A DNA stretch of 64,000 nt from positions 41,775-105,774 of the forward strand of contig CACHJT010000001.1 in NCBI GenBank assembly GCA_902580215.1, in the 5' to 3' direction. A program made the position numbers and the translations under genes. Below the pieces are notes generated by a model, which saw only the letters and a program-made list of their open reading frames with translations, did not search any database and was not told where the DNA came from. This stretch comes from an uncultured Candidatus Actinomarina sp. (GTDB lineage: Bacteria > Actinomycetota > Acidimicrobiia > Actinomarinales > Actinomarinaceae). Shown piece after piece: positions 31,373 to 39,333 of this stretch; the stretch's first letter is position 1, and each line of letters starts with the position of its first letter.

Positions 31373-31816
31373 ATGACAAATAATGAGAGACTTGTTTTAA
31401 GAGTGCTGCTGTTTATTATTTTTTTTAATTTATGTTACCGCTTTTTAACTAGTTTCTTGTTTGATAAAGCGCTTTACCATACAGTGGAGCTTCAACTTGC
31501 AAATCTTATATTTTCAAGTTTTTTTATACATGCAATATTTGCATTAACTGCATATCTTTTAGCTAGGGCTCATAAACCTTATGCTTTTAGATCTCTGTTT
31601 GCAATGCTGTCTGGTATTTTGCCATTATTTAATATTATTTACTGGGTGGGACGAATAGACTTTCCACCATTTATTAGTAATTCAACAAGCTCAAATGGAT
31701 TGATATTTTTATCAACTTGCTTTTATTTAATTTGGAGAAATAAATCAAAATTTCAAAAAGTCATAGCAAGTTACGTAAAAACATTAATCGATCCTTTGGA
31801 CTCACTTTGGTATTAA
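31373..31816 (+). CDS. small polytopic membrane protein (about 4 TM), unknown function; first gene of the cassette operon
   Basis: Hydrophobic segments throughout. The ORF track starts at GTG 31334, but an ATG at 31373 (MTNNERLVL...) is more likely because the 31334-31372 region carries operator-like palindromes. Confidence 0.5.
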   Translation: MTNNERLVLRVLLFIIFFNLCYRFLTSFLFDKALYHTVELQLANLIFSSFFIHAIFALTAYLLARAHKPYAFRSLFAMLSGILPLFNIIYWVGRIDFPPFISNSTSSNGLIFLSTCFYLIWRNKSKFQKVIASYVKTLIDPLDSLWY

Positions 31817-31829
31817 GGGAAAGGAAAAA

Positions 31830-32090
31830 ATGCAAATTAATTTAAACAAAAACGAGTTGAGTATTATTAAAAAATCATTATCCGATTTAATCGAAAAACA
31901 AGTTGGTATTTCTCAGTCTCAAGAGGCTTACATAAGAAATATTGAAAATGGTATGTCTAAAGTAGCCGCCGATCAGCAATTTAAACTAGATAATAAAAAA
32001 GAATGGGAGTACTTTGTATACGAAGAAAAAAATCCTTTTTATTGCCTCTTTGACAAAATCTTCACTAGTCCTGCTTCATTTAGAGGTTAA
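31830..32090 (+). CDS. small putative DNA-binding protein (XRE-like HTH); controller-protein candidate
   Basis: 86 aa. The segment LSDLIEKQVGISQSQEAYIRNIENG resembles an XRE-type helix-turn-helix, though three residues longer in the recognition helix. It sits 14 nt after the membrane gene and 2 nt before the next ORF. Confidence 0.4.
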   Translation: MQINLNKNELSIIKKSLSDLIEKQVGISQSQEAYIRNIENGMSKVAADQQFKLDNKKEWEYFVYEEKNPFYCLFDKIFTSPASFRG

Positions 32091-32092
32091 GT

Positions 32093-32584
32093 GTGGAGAT
32101 AGTATTTAGAAAAACATACACAATCACAGTCCCCTCTTGGAAAGATTTTAATGTAGAAATACAATATCTCCTCCATATAACATCTGATTATGAAGGAAAA
32201 GATTTACTTGTTATTAATAAAGATGGATATGAGAAAAAGGGGTTTGCGATAATCGATATTAATTTAGAAAGTGCTAAATTAATTGATCAAATTAATAAAT
32301 TAGAATACGAATATCTTCAAGAACCTCTCGAGATTACTTTGGAGGAAAGGCTGCTCTCAAAAACTTTTCTCTTTAAATTAAAAGAATTATTTATTGAATT
32401 TAAAGGAAGAAGTAAGGTTTTACTCAATGTTCAAAAAAACGGTAAGAATTATAAACAGTTAGAGCTTAAAACCCAGTTTGTAGACGCTAGTAATGAAGAG
32501 CTGTTAAAAAAGGTCATGGATGCAATTGAATATGCAAGTATCGTTGATGATGTTACTACGTATGATGACGAAGCTCCTTTTTAA
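32093..32584 (+). CDS. hypothetical protein (163 aa), GTG start, between the HTH gene and the putative REase
   Basis: Continuous ORF tightly packed within the operon; no motif I can recognise by eye. Confidence 0.45.
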   Translation: MEIVFRKTYTITVPSWKDFNVEIQYLLHITSDYEGKDLLVINKDGYEKKGFAIIDINLESAKLIDQINKLEYEYLQEPLEITLEERLLSKTFLFKLKELFIEFKGRSKVLLNVQKNGKNYKQLELKTQFVDASNEELLKKVMDAIEYASIVDDVTTYDDEAPF

Positions 32585-32629
32585 GTTATTTGTTTGAAAT
32601 CTTAAATTTTCATTCATATAGTTTTCTAT

Positions 32630-33628
32630 ATGGATGTAAATCAAATCATCGAGCTAGAAAAGAAATATCAAGAAAAACTTAACAGCCTAATAACTAGTGA
32701 GTTATTCCTTAATGATTTAAAAAAAATAGAAAGTGAAATAAAACAAAATTACAATTTAATTAAAAATACTTTTGAGCCTAAAGAAAAGTTTACTGCAGCA
32801 TTGGAAAGAATCCTTTGTATAAGAATTCCCGAAATACTGAATTTTAAAGAAGCATTTCCACTACCGATTTCTTCAGATGTTGCATTAATGAACGATGAAG
32901 TCATTCTTTGGGTTGATGCAAAATCATATGACAGACACGGAAATGCGGGTGATGAAGAAAATATTGTAATAGGTATTAATCAATTGACTTCTGTCTTATC
33001 ACACAAAAAAATGAAAATAAGTTCTATAAGTGGAGACGATTTTATATTTCCAGGATTTAATATCTACCCACCAATTCTTAAAGGTTTCCCAACAGCAATT
33101 TACCAAGAAAAACCTATTTTATCTTTTGTCATTGGACTTTGGTGTTACGACGATGGAACCGATGTAGACTTGAAAAAAATTGAAGTAGATTGCATACCCC
33201 ATTTCTTAGTTTATAAATATACTTATGTAAACGATATCCTCACAAATACAAAAAATTATAAATATTACCCTGATTCGTCTGCAAATGATGATGAAATTTT
33301 AAAACCATATGATTTGTTTGGCTTTCCTGATCGATTGAAAATAGTCGATTACAAAAACGGCATTGAACTAAATGAACTTCCAGAGGGTATAAGTCCTAAT
33401 GATGTAGGAAAGCTTAGACAAATAGCTTTAGTTGATTTAGAAAACTACAACCAAACATTAAAAGATTATGAGGATTTATATTTAATAAGAAAATTTGAAG
33501 GTGGTAAATGGAAAGTAACAGATACTCCTAATGGATTTAGAATAAACGCTACAAAACTCATTATGGATCAAAACGTTGAGGAAAAATTATTTAAAAATGA
33601 TTGGAGAATAAATAAATTAGAATTATAA
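32630..33628 (+). CDS. putative type II restriction endonuclease (cognate to the adjacent m5C methyltransferase)
   Basis: 332-aa soluble protein whose 3' end overlaps the convergent MTase gene by 6 nt. Contains a D...(V)DAK stretch (SDVALMNDEVILWVDAKSY) compatible with a PD-(D/E)XK core. The assignment is mainly contextual. Confidence 0.45.
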   Translation: MDVNQIIELEKKYQEKLNSLITSELFLNDLKKIESEIKQNYNLIKNTFEPKEKFTAALERILCIRIPEILNFKEAFPLPISSDVALMNDEVILWVDAKSYDRHGNAGDEENIVIGINQLTSVLSHKKMKISSISGDDFIFPGFNIYPPILKGFPTAIYQEKPILSFVIGLWCYDDGTDVDLKKIEVDCIPHFLVYKYTYVNDILTNTKNYKYYPDSSANDDEILKPYDLFGFPDRLKIVDYKNGIELNELPEGISPNDVGKLRQIALVDLENYNQTLKDYEDLYLIRKFEGGKWKVTDTPNGFRINATKLIMDQNVEEKLFKNDWRINKLEL

Positions 33629-34837
33629 ATTCTTTTTAATTTCTCTAGCAACTAATTTTGCCAAAAATACTGGTACAGCATTACCAATTTGTTTATACAT
33701 GCTTCCCAATGCTCCCTCGAATATAAAATTATCAGGAAATGTTTGTAGTATTGCAGCTTCTCTGACAGATATTCTTCTTTTTTTATTTGGATGAATCTCC
33801 GTACCAGTTGCTGTAATGGTGTCACTTGGAGTATCCCAGTTAGCAATACGAAGAGATTGTTCAAAGGTTATTGTTTTCTCTTCTAAGGTTGTCACAGCTT
33901 TATCATATTTATCATCAAACTTTAAAAGTTTTTTGAGCTCCCACCAGTCTTCGGGGTTAGGAATAGATCCAGAATTATTATCTTTTCTAAACCAATGCCC
34001 TGCGGTATGTCTGTATCCAAAATACTCGTCTATTTTTTGTGTTGACCACTCAGATTTATTTCTGGCTTCTTTTAAGTAATCACAGATATCGTGTTGGTTG
34101 ACCTTGTACTTTCTCCCCCAAAAAGTATCAGCTACGTTGGTTCTAGCTATATGGTTATATATGTACCCTTTCCCGTTCTTTTGTGGATCGTAACTGATTC
34201 TTCTATTTGCTAGGTGGGATAGAACCTCTTTTGCCGTTACATATGGCTTTAAATTTGGATTATCTAAAGTCATCTGCTGATTTTTCTTTAAATTGGGGTT
34301 GTAATGTGTAATTTCTGGATAGGGGTTTTCTTTTCCAATTCTATTTCCAATTATAAAAACTCTTTGCCTATTTTGAGGAACGCCGAAGTCAGAGGCAGTT
34401 AAAAGTTGATAATCTACGTCATATCCGATTTTTTTAAAGTCATTAACAATTAATTCAATAACTTTTCCTTTTTCAAGTGACAAAATCCCTTTTACATTTT
34501 CAGCAACAAAGTACTTTGGTTGTTTATCTTTAATAATGCGAAGCATTTCTTTATAGAGATGATTTCTCTCATCTTCCATACTTCTTTTTTTATTATTAAT
34601 AGAGAATCCTTGGCAAGGAAACCCTCCAATAACTACATCTGGATTGTTAGGAATATCTTCAGACTTTACATCTTTAATATCACCCAAAACAATATGATTA
34701 CCTAAATTTTTTCTGTAAGTAATAACACAATCTTTATCAAAATCATTTGCCCATACAATATCAAAGCCTGCCTGTTTGAAACCAAGGTCCATACCCCCGG
34801 CTCCTGCAAATAAAGAAACTACTGTTGGTTTTTTCAT
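33623..34837 (-). CDS. DNA (cytosine-5)-methyltransferase
   Basis: Motif I FAGAGG, motif IV GFPCQGFS, motif VI ENV, motif VIII QNRQRVFIIG, motif X GNAVP, and a long variable target-recognition region. True start is MKKPTVVSLFAGAGG (ATG at 34837); the ORF-track TTG extension to 34876 is unlikely. Confidence 0.9.
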   Translation of the reverse strand: MKKPTVVSLFAGAGGMDLGFKQAGFDIVWANDFDKDCVITYRKNLGNHIVLGDIKDVKSEDIPNNPDVVIGGFPCQGFSINNKKRSMEDERNHLYKEMLRIIKDKQPKYFVAENVKGILSLEKGKVIELIVNDFKKIGYDVDYQLLTASDFGVPQNRQRVFIIGNRIGKENPYPEITHYNPNLKKNQQMTLDNPNLKPYVTAKEVLSHLANRRISYDPQKNGKGYIYNHIARTNVADTFWGRKYKVNQHDICDYLKEARNKSEWSTQKIDEYFGYRHTAGHWFRKDNNSGSIPNPEDWWELKKLLKFDDKYDKAVTTLEEKTITFEQSLRIANWDTPSDTITATGTEIHPNKKRRISVREAAILQTFPDNFIFEGALGSMYKQIGNAVPVFLAKLVAREIKKNL

Positions 34838-34890
34838 AAAGTATATAATACATTTCAAATATGACAATCTCTTCAAACTAGATTCAATTT

Positions 34891-34902
34891 TTTTGTCATA
34901 CC
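34891..34902. repeat. 12-bp exact direct repeat TTTTGTCATACC (second copy; first copy at 31343-31354) bracketing the cassette
   Basis: Identical 12-mer in the same orientation 3.5 kb apart, at both outer edges of the membrane-HTH-unknown-REase-MTase cassette. An ATGACAA half-site lies 30 bp upstream at 34861-34867. Confidence 0.6.
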
Positions 34903-34969
34903 CTATTTTTATACTTTAAAGTACATGATTACTAATCAATAGGGTGATAGTGTCTGTGCTCCTTTCGGG

Positions 34970-34997
34970 ATAAAACCTCAGTTATCTGAGGTTTTAT
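34970..34997 (+). terminator. orphan terminator-like hairpin (12-bp perfect stem ATAAAACCTCAG / CTGAGGTTTTAT, 4-nt loop, then CTTTTATA)
   Basis: Read directly. No plus-strand gene ends here; it lies in the 230-bp MTase/GMC-oxidoreductase divergent intergenic region. Confidence 0.4.
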
Positions 34998-35106
34998 CTT
35001 TTATACGGTGATTTTTGCATATCGCCGGCTGCAAAAAGGCTTTAATGACTGCCAAAACTACCAAAAGTAAATTAGGCCGTCTGAAATCAACCTGTAGAAT
35101 GTATGT

Positions 35107-36948
35107 ATGGATAAAAGAATATCTAAATCATTTAGAGTCATTTTTTCTAATTTGTATCCAAATTTCAATGAGGAAGAAACAAAAAACTCTGAGAAATACT
35201 TTAATTTTATCCTTGTAAATTTTCCTGATAGATCAGAAATCGTACTGCTAAAAATAGTCTTTTTTATCTTTTCTTTTGGAATAAGAAAAGTGTTTATAAA
35301 AGACAAAAATATTCCTAAATTTGTTAAAAATCTACAAAGCTCCAATTTGTCATTACTAAGAAAACTTGGTTCAGGTATGACTGCATTATTTGGATTAAGC
35401 ACTGCAAGATCACTCGACGGTGAGGGCTCTGTATACAAACATCTTGACTACCCCATTTATAAAAATACAAAAATTGAAAAGAAAGATGTCTCAATTCCAA
35501 AAAGTATCGAAGTTGCAGTAATTGGTAGTGGATCTGGTGGAGGTGTTGCTGCAAATATACTTAATGAAAAATATGAAGTAGGAATATTTGAAAAAGGTAG
35601 TTACGGAAATGGTAAGAAAAATAATGAAACATTTGGATATCACAACTTTTACGACACTAATGGAATACAGCAAACCAGAGGATACAAAGTTTTACTTTTA
35701 GCTGGTAAAGGAATTGGCGGAGGTACAAGTATTAACTGGACAACTTCTTTAAGAACCCCAGATAAGATATTAAGTGAATGGGATACGCTTACTGGTCAAG
35801 ATAACTATTTCAATTCCAACGAATTCAAAAGCAGCATGGATTATGTTTGTAGTGAATTAAATGTAGATATAGCAAATAATAAAATACCCCAAAAAGAAGT
35901 TAAATTAGCTGAAGGACTTGAACTCAATAATCTAAATTATAAAATCATTCCAAGAAATACGAGTAATGCAGATTGTACAGAATCTGGGTTCAGTACCTTT
36001 GGACGATATGATGAAAGTATCAACTCCTCCAACAAAGTTTGGTTTTCAAACGATAAATTTGATCCTGATAATATTTTTAGTGATACAAACATTAAAAGCC
36101 TTGATATATCGAATGGAAAAGCAACTCACATTAATGTTGAAAATAATGATATATTATATAAAGTTGCTGTTGATAAGGTCATTCTTGCTGCTGGTTCCCT
36201 AAATACCCCTAAAATATTGCTTGATAGTGGATATAGAAATAAACATCTTGGTCGTAATTTAAAACTACATCCTGTTTCTGGTGTCGCGGGTAAGTTCTCA
36301 GAAGAACAAAAGCCATGGGCAGGAACAATGCAGGGAATTTATTCAGATGATCATTTGTTTATGAAAGACAATTATGGATACCTTTTAGAAGGACTGCCAA
36401 TGCACCCAAGTCTTTTTTTCCCGTTTTTTCCGAATAACACAGACAAGTTTGATGATTTTGTTGAAAGTTATAATCATTGGTCCGGAGGAATAGTTCTAAC
36501 ATCAGATACAAGCTCTGGGTCGATCATCAATAAAAACCCTCAACATTTATGGGATTATAATTTAAACGATTTTGATCATAACAATTTGATGCATGGAATT
36601 GAAAACCTTGTACGAGCAAATTATTTGGCTGGCGCAGAAGAAATTATGGTTGCCGCCTCTCCTACAATGCATTGGAAAAAATCATCAAGTAAAGATATTG
36701 AGGATTTCATAAATGATATCAAAGCAATAAAAAATCAGCCATTTAGAATGTTGCTAGGTTCGGCACATCAGATGGGTACAGCAAGAATCAACCCAAACCC
36801 AGAAGACGGAGTTGTAGATTTAAATGGAAAAGTACATGGCTTAGAAAATGTTTATGTAGTTGATGCTTCAACTTTTCCGAGATGCTCAGGTGTGAATCCT
36901 ATGATCAGTATTCAATCTATGAGCCACTTCTTAATGTCAAAAATTTAA
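35107..36948 (+). CDS. GMC-family FAD-dependent oxidoreductase with about 130-aa N-terminal membrane-associated extension
   Basis: FAD-binding GxGxxG (VIGSGSGGGVAANIL) at about aa 140. C-terminal GMC signature region (...HQMGTARI...VVDASTFP). Hydrophobic helix at aa 45-60. Confidence 0.75.
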   Translation: MDKRISKSFRVIFSNLYPNFNEEETKNSEKYFNFILVNFPDRSEIVLLKIVFFIFSFGIRKVFIKDKNIPKFVKNLQSSNLSLLRKLGSGMTALFGLSTARSLDGEGSVYKHLDYPIYKNTKIEKKDVSIPKSIEVAVIGSGSGGGVAANILNEKYEVGIFEKGSYGNGKKNNETFGYHNFYDTNGIQQTRGYKVLLLAGKGIGGGTSINWTTSLRTPDKILSEWDTLTGQDNYFNSNEFKSSMDYVCSELNVDIANNKIPQKEVKLAEGLELNNLNYKIIPRNTSNADCTESGFSTFGRYDESINSSNKVWFSNDKFDPDNIFSDTNIKSLDISNGKATHINVENNDILYKVAVDKVILAAGSLNTPKILLDSGYRNKHLGRNLKLHPVSGVAGKFSEEQKPWAGTMQGIYSDDHLFMKDNYGYLLEGLPMHPSLFFPFFPNNTDKFDDFVESYNHWSGGIVLTSDTSSGSIINKNPQHLWDYNLNDFDHNNLMHGIENLVRANYLAGAEEIMVAASPTMHWKKSSSKDIEDFINDIKAIKNQPFRMLLGSAHQMGTARINPNPEDGVVDLNGKVHGLENVYVVDASTFPRCSGVNPMISIQSMSHFLMSKI

Positions 36949-36950
36949 TT

Positions 36951-37451
36951 TTAAGGATAGTTTTTATCTGGAGCAAAGAACTCTGCAGCATCTAATCCTA
37001 AATCTATGAACATGCCGTGAGCCTCAACATGTATTTCTTCGCCTAATTGAATAACAGCTTCCGTATAAACTTTTTTATTATCAACTTCTTTAACCCAAGC
37101 ATATAATTCAAATTCTTTTTCTACTGGTGTTGGCTTAAGAAAATTAACAGATAAATTTGCAGTTACAGAAAATATGTTGTGAATAACTGTTGAGTAACCC
37201 ATCATGTCATCCAAGGCAGCTGATAATATACCACCATGAACAAGGCCAGGCCCACCTTCAAATCTCTTTGCAAATGAATATTTTGCGTAAACTTTACGAT
37301 TTTTAATTTCTGGTTTCATTTGCATACTGTCTGTGTTGTTACCGCTGACAAAAGAAGAATCAGGATATATATCTTGAAGCAGCGTTCCATCAGTCCAGCC
37401 TGAAGATGGATCAATTTCTAGAACTTGACCAGTTATGTACTTATAAATCAT
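36951..37451 (-). CDS. hotdog-fold acyl-CoA thioesterase
   Basis: 166 aa; GPGLVHGGILSAALDDMMGY is PaaI/4HBT-like. Confidence 0.7.
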   Translation of the reverse strand: MIYKYITGQVLEIDPSSGWTDGTLLQDIYPDSSFVSGNNTDSMQMKPEIKNRKVYAKYSFAKRFEGGPGLVHGGILSAALDDMMGYSTVIHNIFSVTANLSVNFLKPTPVEKEFELYAWVKEVDNKKVYTEAVIQLGEEIHVEAHGMFIDLGLDAAEFFAPDKNYP

Positions 37452-38070
37452 GTTTATTTATATTAGATATGTCTTTTCTTAATGCCTCATTGATAAAAGC
37501 ATTTGTTATATCAGATCTAGTTCTTTCAATAATTGACCTTGCATTATCTGCATACCTTCTAAGTCCTCCTGTAAGAGCATCTGGGTAATCTAACTCATTT
37601 AATATCCCCATACCCTCTTCCATAATTTCTAAGTAAGTTTCAGCTTTTTTGATGTCAAGATTTCTTAAATGATCAAGTGCTTTTCTTCTCCACTCACCAA
37701 TCGTATCTCCTATTCCTTGTATGTAACTAGAAGGATGTAGGTTGAATTCGGAAAATGGTTCAATTGTTCCTTTTACTTCAAAATTGTAGAACATAACAGC
37801 TTCTACAAATTCTCTTTCGGCATCTAAAACATAGCCGGCGTAACTAATTTCTGAAATTTCACTACAAATGCTTTTTAAATCATTTAATTTTTCTTGGGCT
37901 CTTTTTATATGTTTTTCAGCATCAGATATATCATTTCTATGAACATTTCTAATACTTTTTGAGCATTCACGAACTATCTCTCTAGATATTGTTAAAGACT
38001 GTTCTCGAACATCATTTAATTTATCGAAAGCTGTTGATAAATTTTCTAAATTAGCTTCAGATTCGGACAA
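37441..38070 (-). CDS. translin-family-like all-alpha protein (tentative)
   Basis: 209 aa. N-terminal FDKLNDVREQSLTISREIVRECSKSIRNVH and central YAGYVLDAEREFVEAVMFYNF resemble the translin/TRAX helical pattern. This is judged by eye only. Confidence 0.4.
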   Translation of the reverse strand: MSESEANLENLSTAFDKLNDVREQSLTISREIVRECSKSIRNVHRNDISDAEKHIKRAQEKLNDLKSICSEISEISYAGYVLDAEREFVEAVMFYNFEVKGTIEPFSEFNLHPSSYIQGIGDTIGEWRRKALDHLRNLDIKKAETYLEIMEEGMGILNELDYPDALTGGLRRYADNARSIIERTRSDITNAFINEALRKDISNINKHDL

Positions 38071-38433
38071 TTATACTGCTTGTTTTAAATATTCGACATT
38101 ATCAACATCTGCTGATGAATCATCGACATATGTGAAAGTGTCTCTTTGAAGAGAAGATGATCGTACTTGAAATGCAGTGTATGCATAAATACCAAAAACC
38201 ATATCAATAATTAAGTGGAAAACAAAAATTGGAACTGAGAGAGTTTGAAGAGCTATAAAAAAACTTGCCATAGCAATTAATCCCAAAGTGATAAACCCTC
38301 TTCTTTGTTTTTCAACCATAAATTGATACTCATTAGAAATATATTTATTAACTTTTGAATATTGAAGTTCGGGGAAAACTACCGCTATTGAAAGCGATAC
38401 CATTAAAGCTATTAAAACTAGTGTAGAACTCAT
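38071..38433 (-). CDS. small membrane protein (3 TM), unknown
   Basis: 120 aa, hydrophobic. Stop-start abutting with the translin-like gene implies co-transcription. Confidence 0.5.
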   Translation of the reverse strand: MSSTLVLIALMVSLSIAVVFPELQYSKVNKYISNEYQFMVEKQRRGFITLGLIAMASFFIALQTLSVPIFVFHLIIDMVFGIYAYTAFQVRSSSLQRDTFTYVDDSSADVDNVEYLKQAV

Positions 38434-38489
38434 GCCCTGCCCTTACTGTTGTTGTTTTAATAATAACTAATTTTAAAAAAATTTTCTCT

Positions 38490-39098
38490 TTAAAATTTAT
38501 TTTCTTTTCCTTGTCTTAGTCTTTTAATATTTTCGGAATGTTTTATCAAAATTAAAACAAATAGAATAACAAGAACTATCACATTAGATATTTCATTATT
38601 TATATAAATTAATAATGACACAGTTACCAAAACTGTTGCTAAACTAGCAATCGCTGACACACGAGTTGTTTTAAATACAACAAAATAGAAAAAAGCAAGT
38701 ACAGGTATGTTAAGTATTTGAAATATCTCTATATTGAATAAGTCAGAATTATAAGGATTCATAAGCACTGTTGCAACGTAAACACCGAGGTAAGTAGCAA
38801 CCCCTTTTCCCCCTTTAAACTTATAAAATACTGGATAAATATGGCCTAAAACAGCAGCCAATCCGTAAACTAAAAAATATTGATCTTGATAGAAAAATAT
38901 GATTGGAATAGCTCCTTTAAATAAATCTCCAAGCAATACAATTGCAGCAGAGCCTTTTCCTAATGTCCTTAATACGTTTGATGTTCCTGGATTACCACTT
39001 CCCTCAGAAGAAATATCTATGCCCTTAATTCGAGCTGTAATATAGGCAAAATTTATCGAACCAAGAAAATAACTTACTATTACTACTAAAAAATTCAT
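38490..39098 (-). CDS. plsY: glycerol-3-phosphate acyltransferase PlsY
   Basis: 202 aa; GSINFAYITAR..., GSGNPGTSNVLRTLGK, typical PlsY membrane topology. Confidence 0.85.
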   Translation of the reverse strand: MNFLVVIVSYFLGSINFAYITARIKGIDISSEGSGNPGTSNVLRTLGKGSAAIVLLGDLFKGAIPIIFFYQDQYFLVYGLAAVLGHIYPVFYKFKGGKGVATYLGVYVATVLMNPYNSDLFNIEIFQILNIPVLAFFYFVVFKTTRVSAIASLATVLVTVSLLIYINNEISNVIVLVILFVLILIKHSENIKRLRQGKENKF

Positions 39099-39175
39099 TT
39101 ATTTGAGTCTAATTCATTAAAAATAAATAAGATATAGCTCGTTTATACAATTTACAAATTTAATCTTATAAATGT

Positions 39176-39331
39176 ATGAACAATATATCTAAATGCTCTA
39201 ACAAAAGAAGGTTTACATCTGAAAACGAAGCAAGAAAAGAAAGATTGTTTGTAGAAGAAGAATACAGTAAAAAATTTAGAATATACTTATGTACATTATG
39301 TCAAGGATGGCATTTTTCAACAATTAATTAA
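39176..39331 (+). CDS. unannotated 51-aa Cys-containing small protein (possible zinc-ribbon), directly upstream of uppP
   Basis: Manual translation: MNNISKCSNKRRFTSENEARKERLFVEEEYSKKFRIYLCTLCQGWHFSTIN. Cys at K-C-S and C-x2-C; the stop is 2 nt before the uppP ATG. Not in the ORF track (<60 aa). Confidence 0.35.
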   Translation: MNNISKCSNKRRFTSENEARKERLFVEEEYSKKFRIYLCTLCQGWHFSTIN

Positions 39332-39333
39332 TT

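Noticed and set aside
32093-32584. Vsr-type mismatch endonuclease next to the Dcm-like MTase
   Set aside because: The 163-aa ORF in this position lacks the Vsr motifs (no FxxxDxxxxxxGW...H pattern), so I left it as hypothetical.
34838-34876. TTG-initiated extension (MKRLSYLKCIIYF) of the m5C MTase
   Set aside because: An ATG (MKKPTVVSLFAGAGG) sits just before motif I, and the extension would overlap the operator-like motifs.
35058-35438. 126-aa minus-strand ORF antisense to the GMC oxidoreductase N-terminus
   Set aside because: The plus-strand frame is continuous with the GMC domain and contains a plausible TM helix. The antisense ORF is low-complexity.
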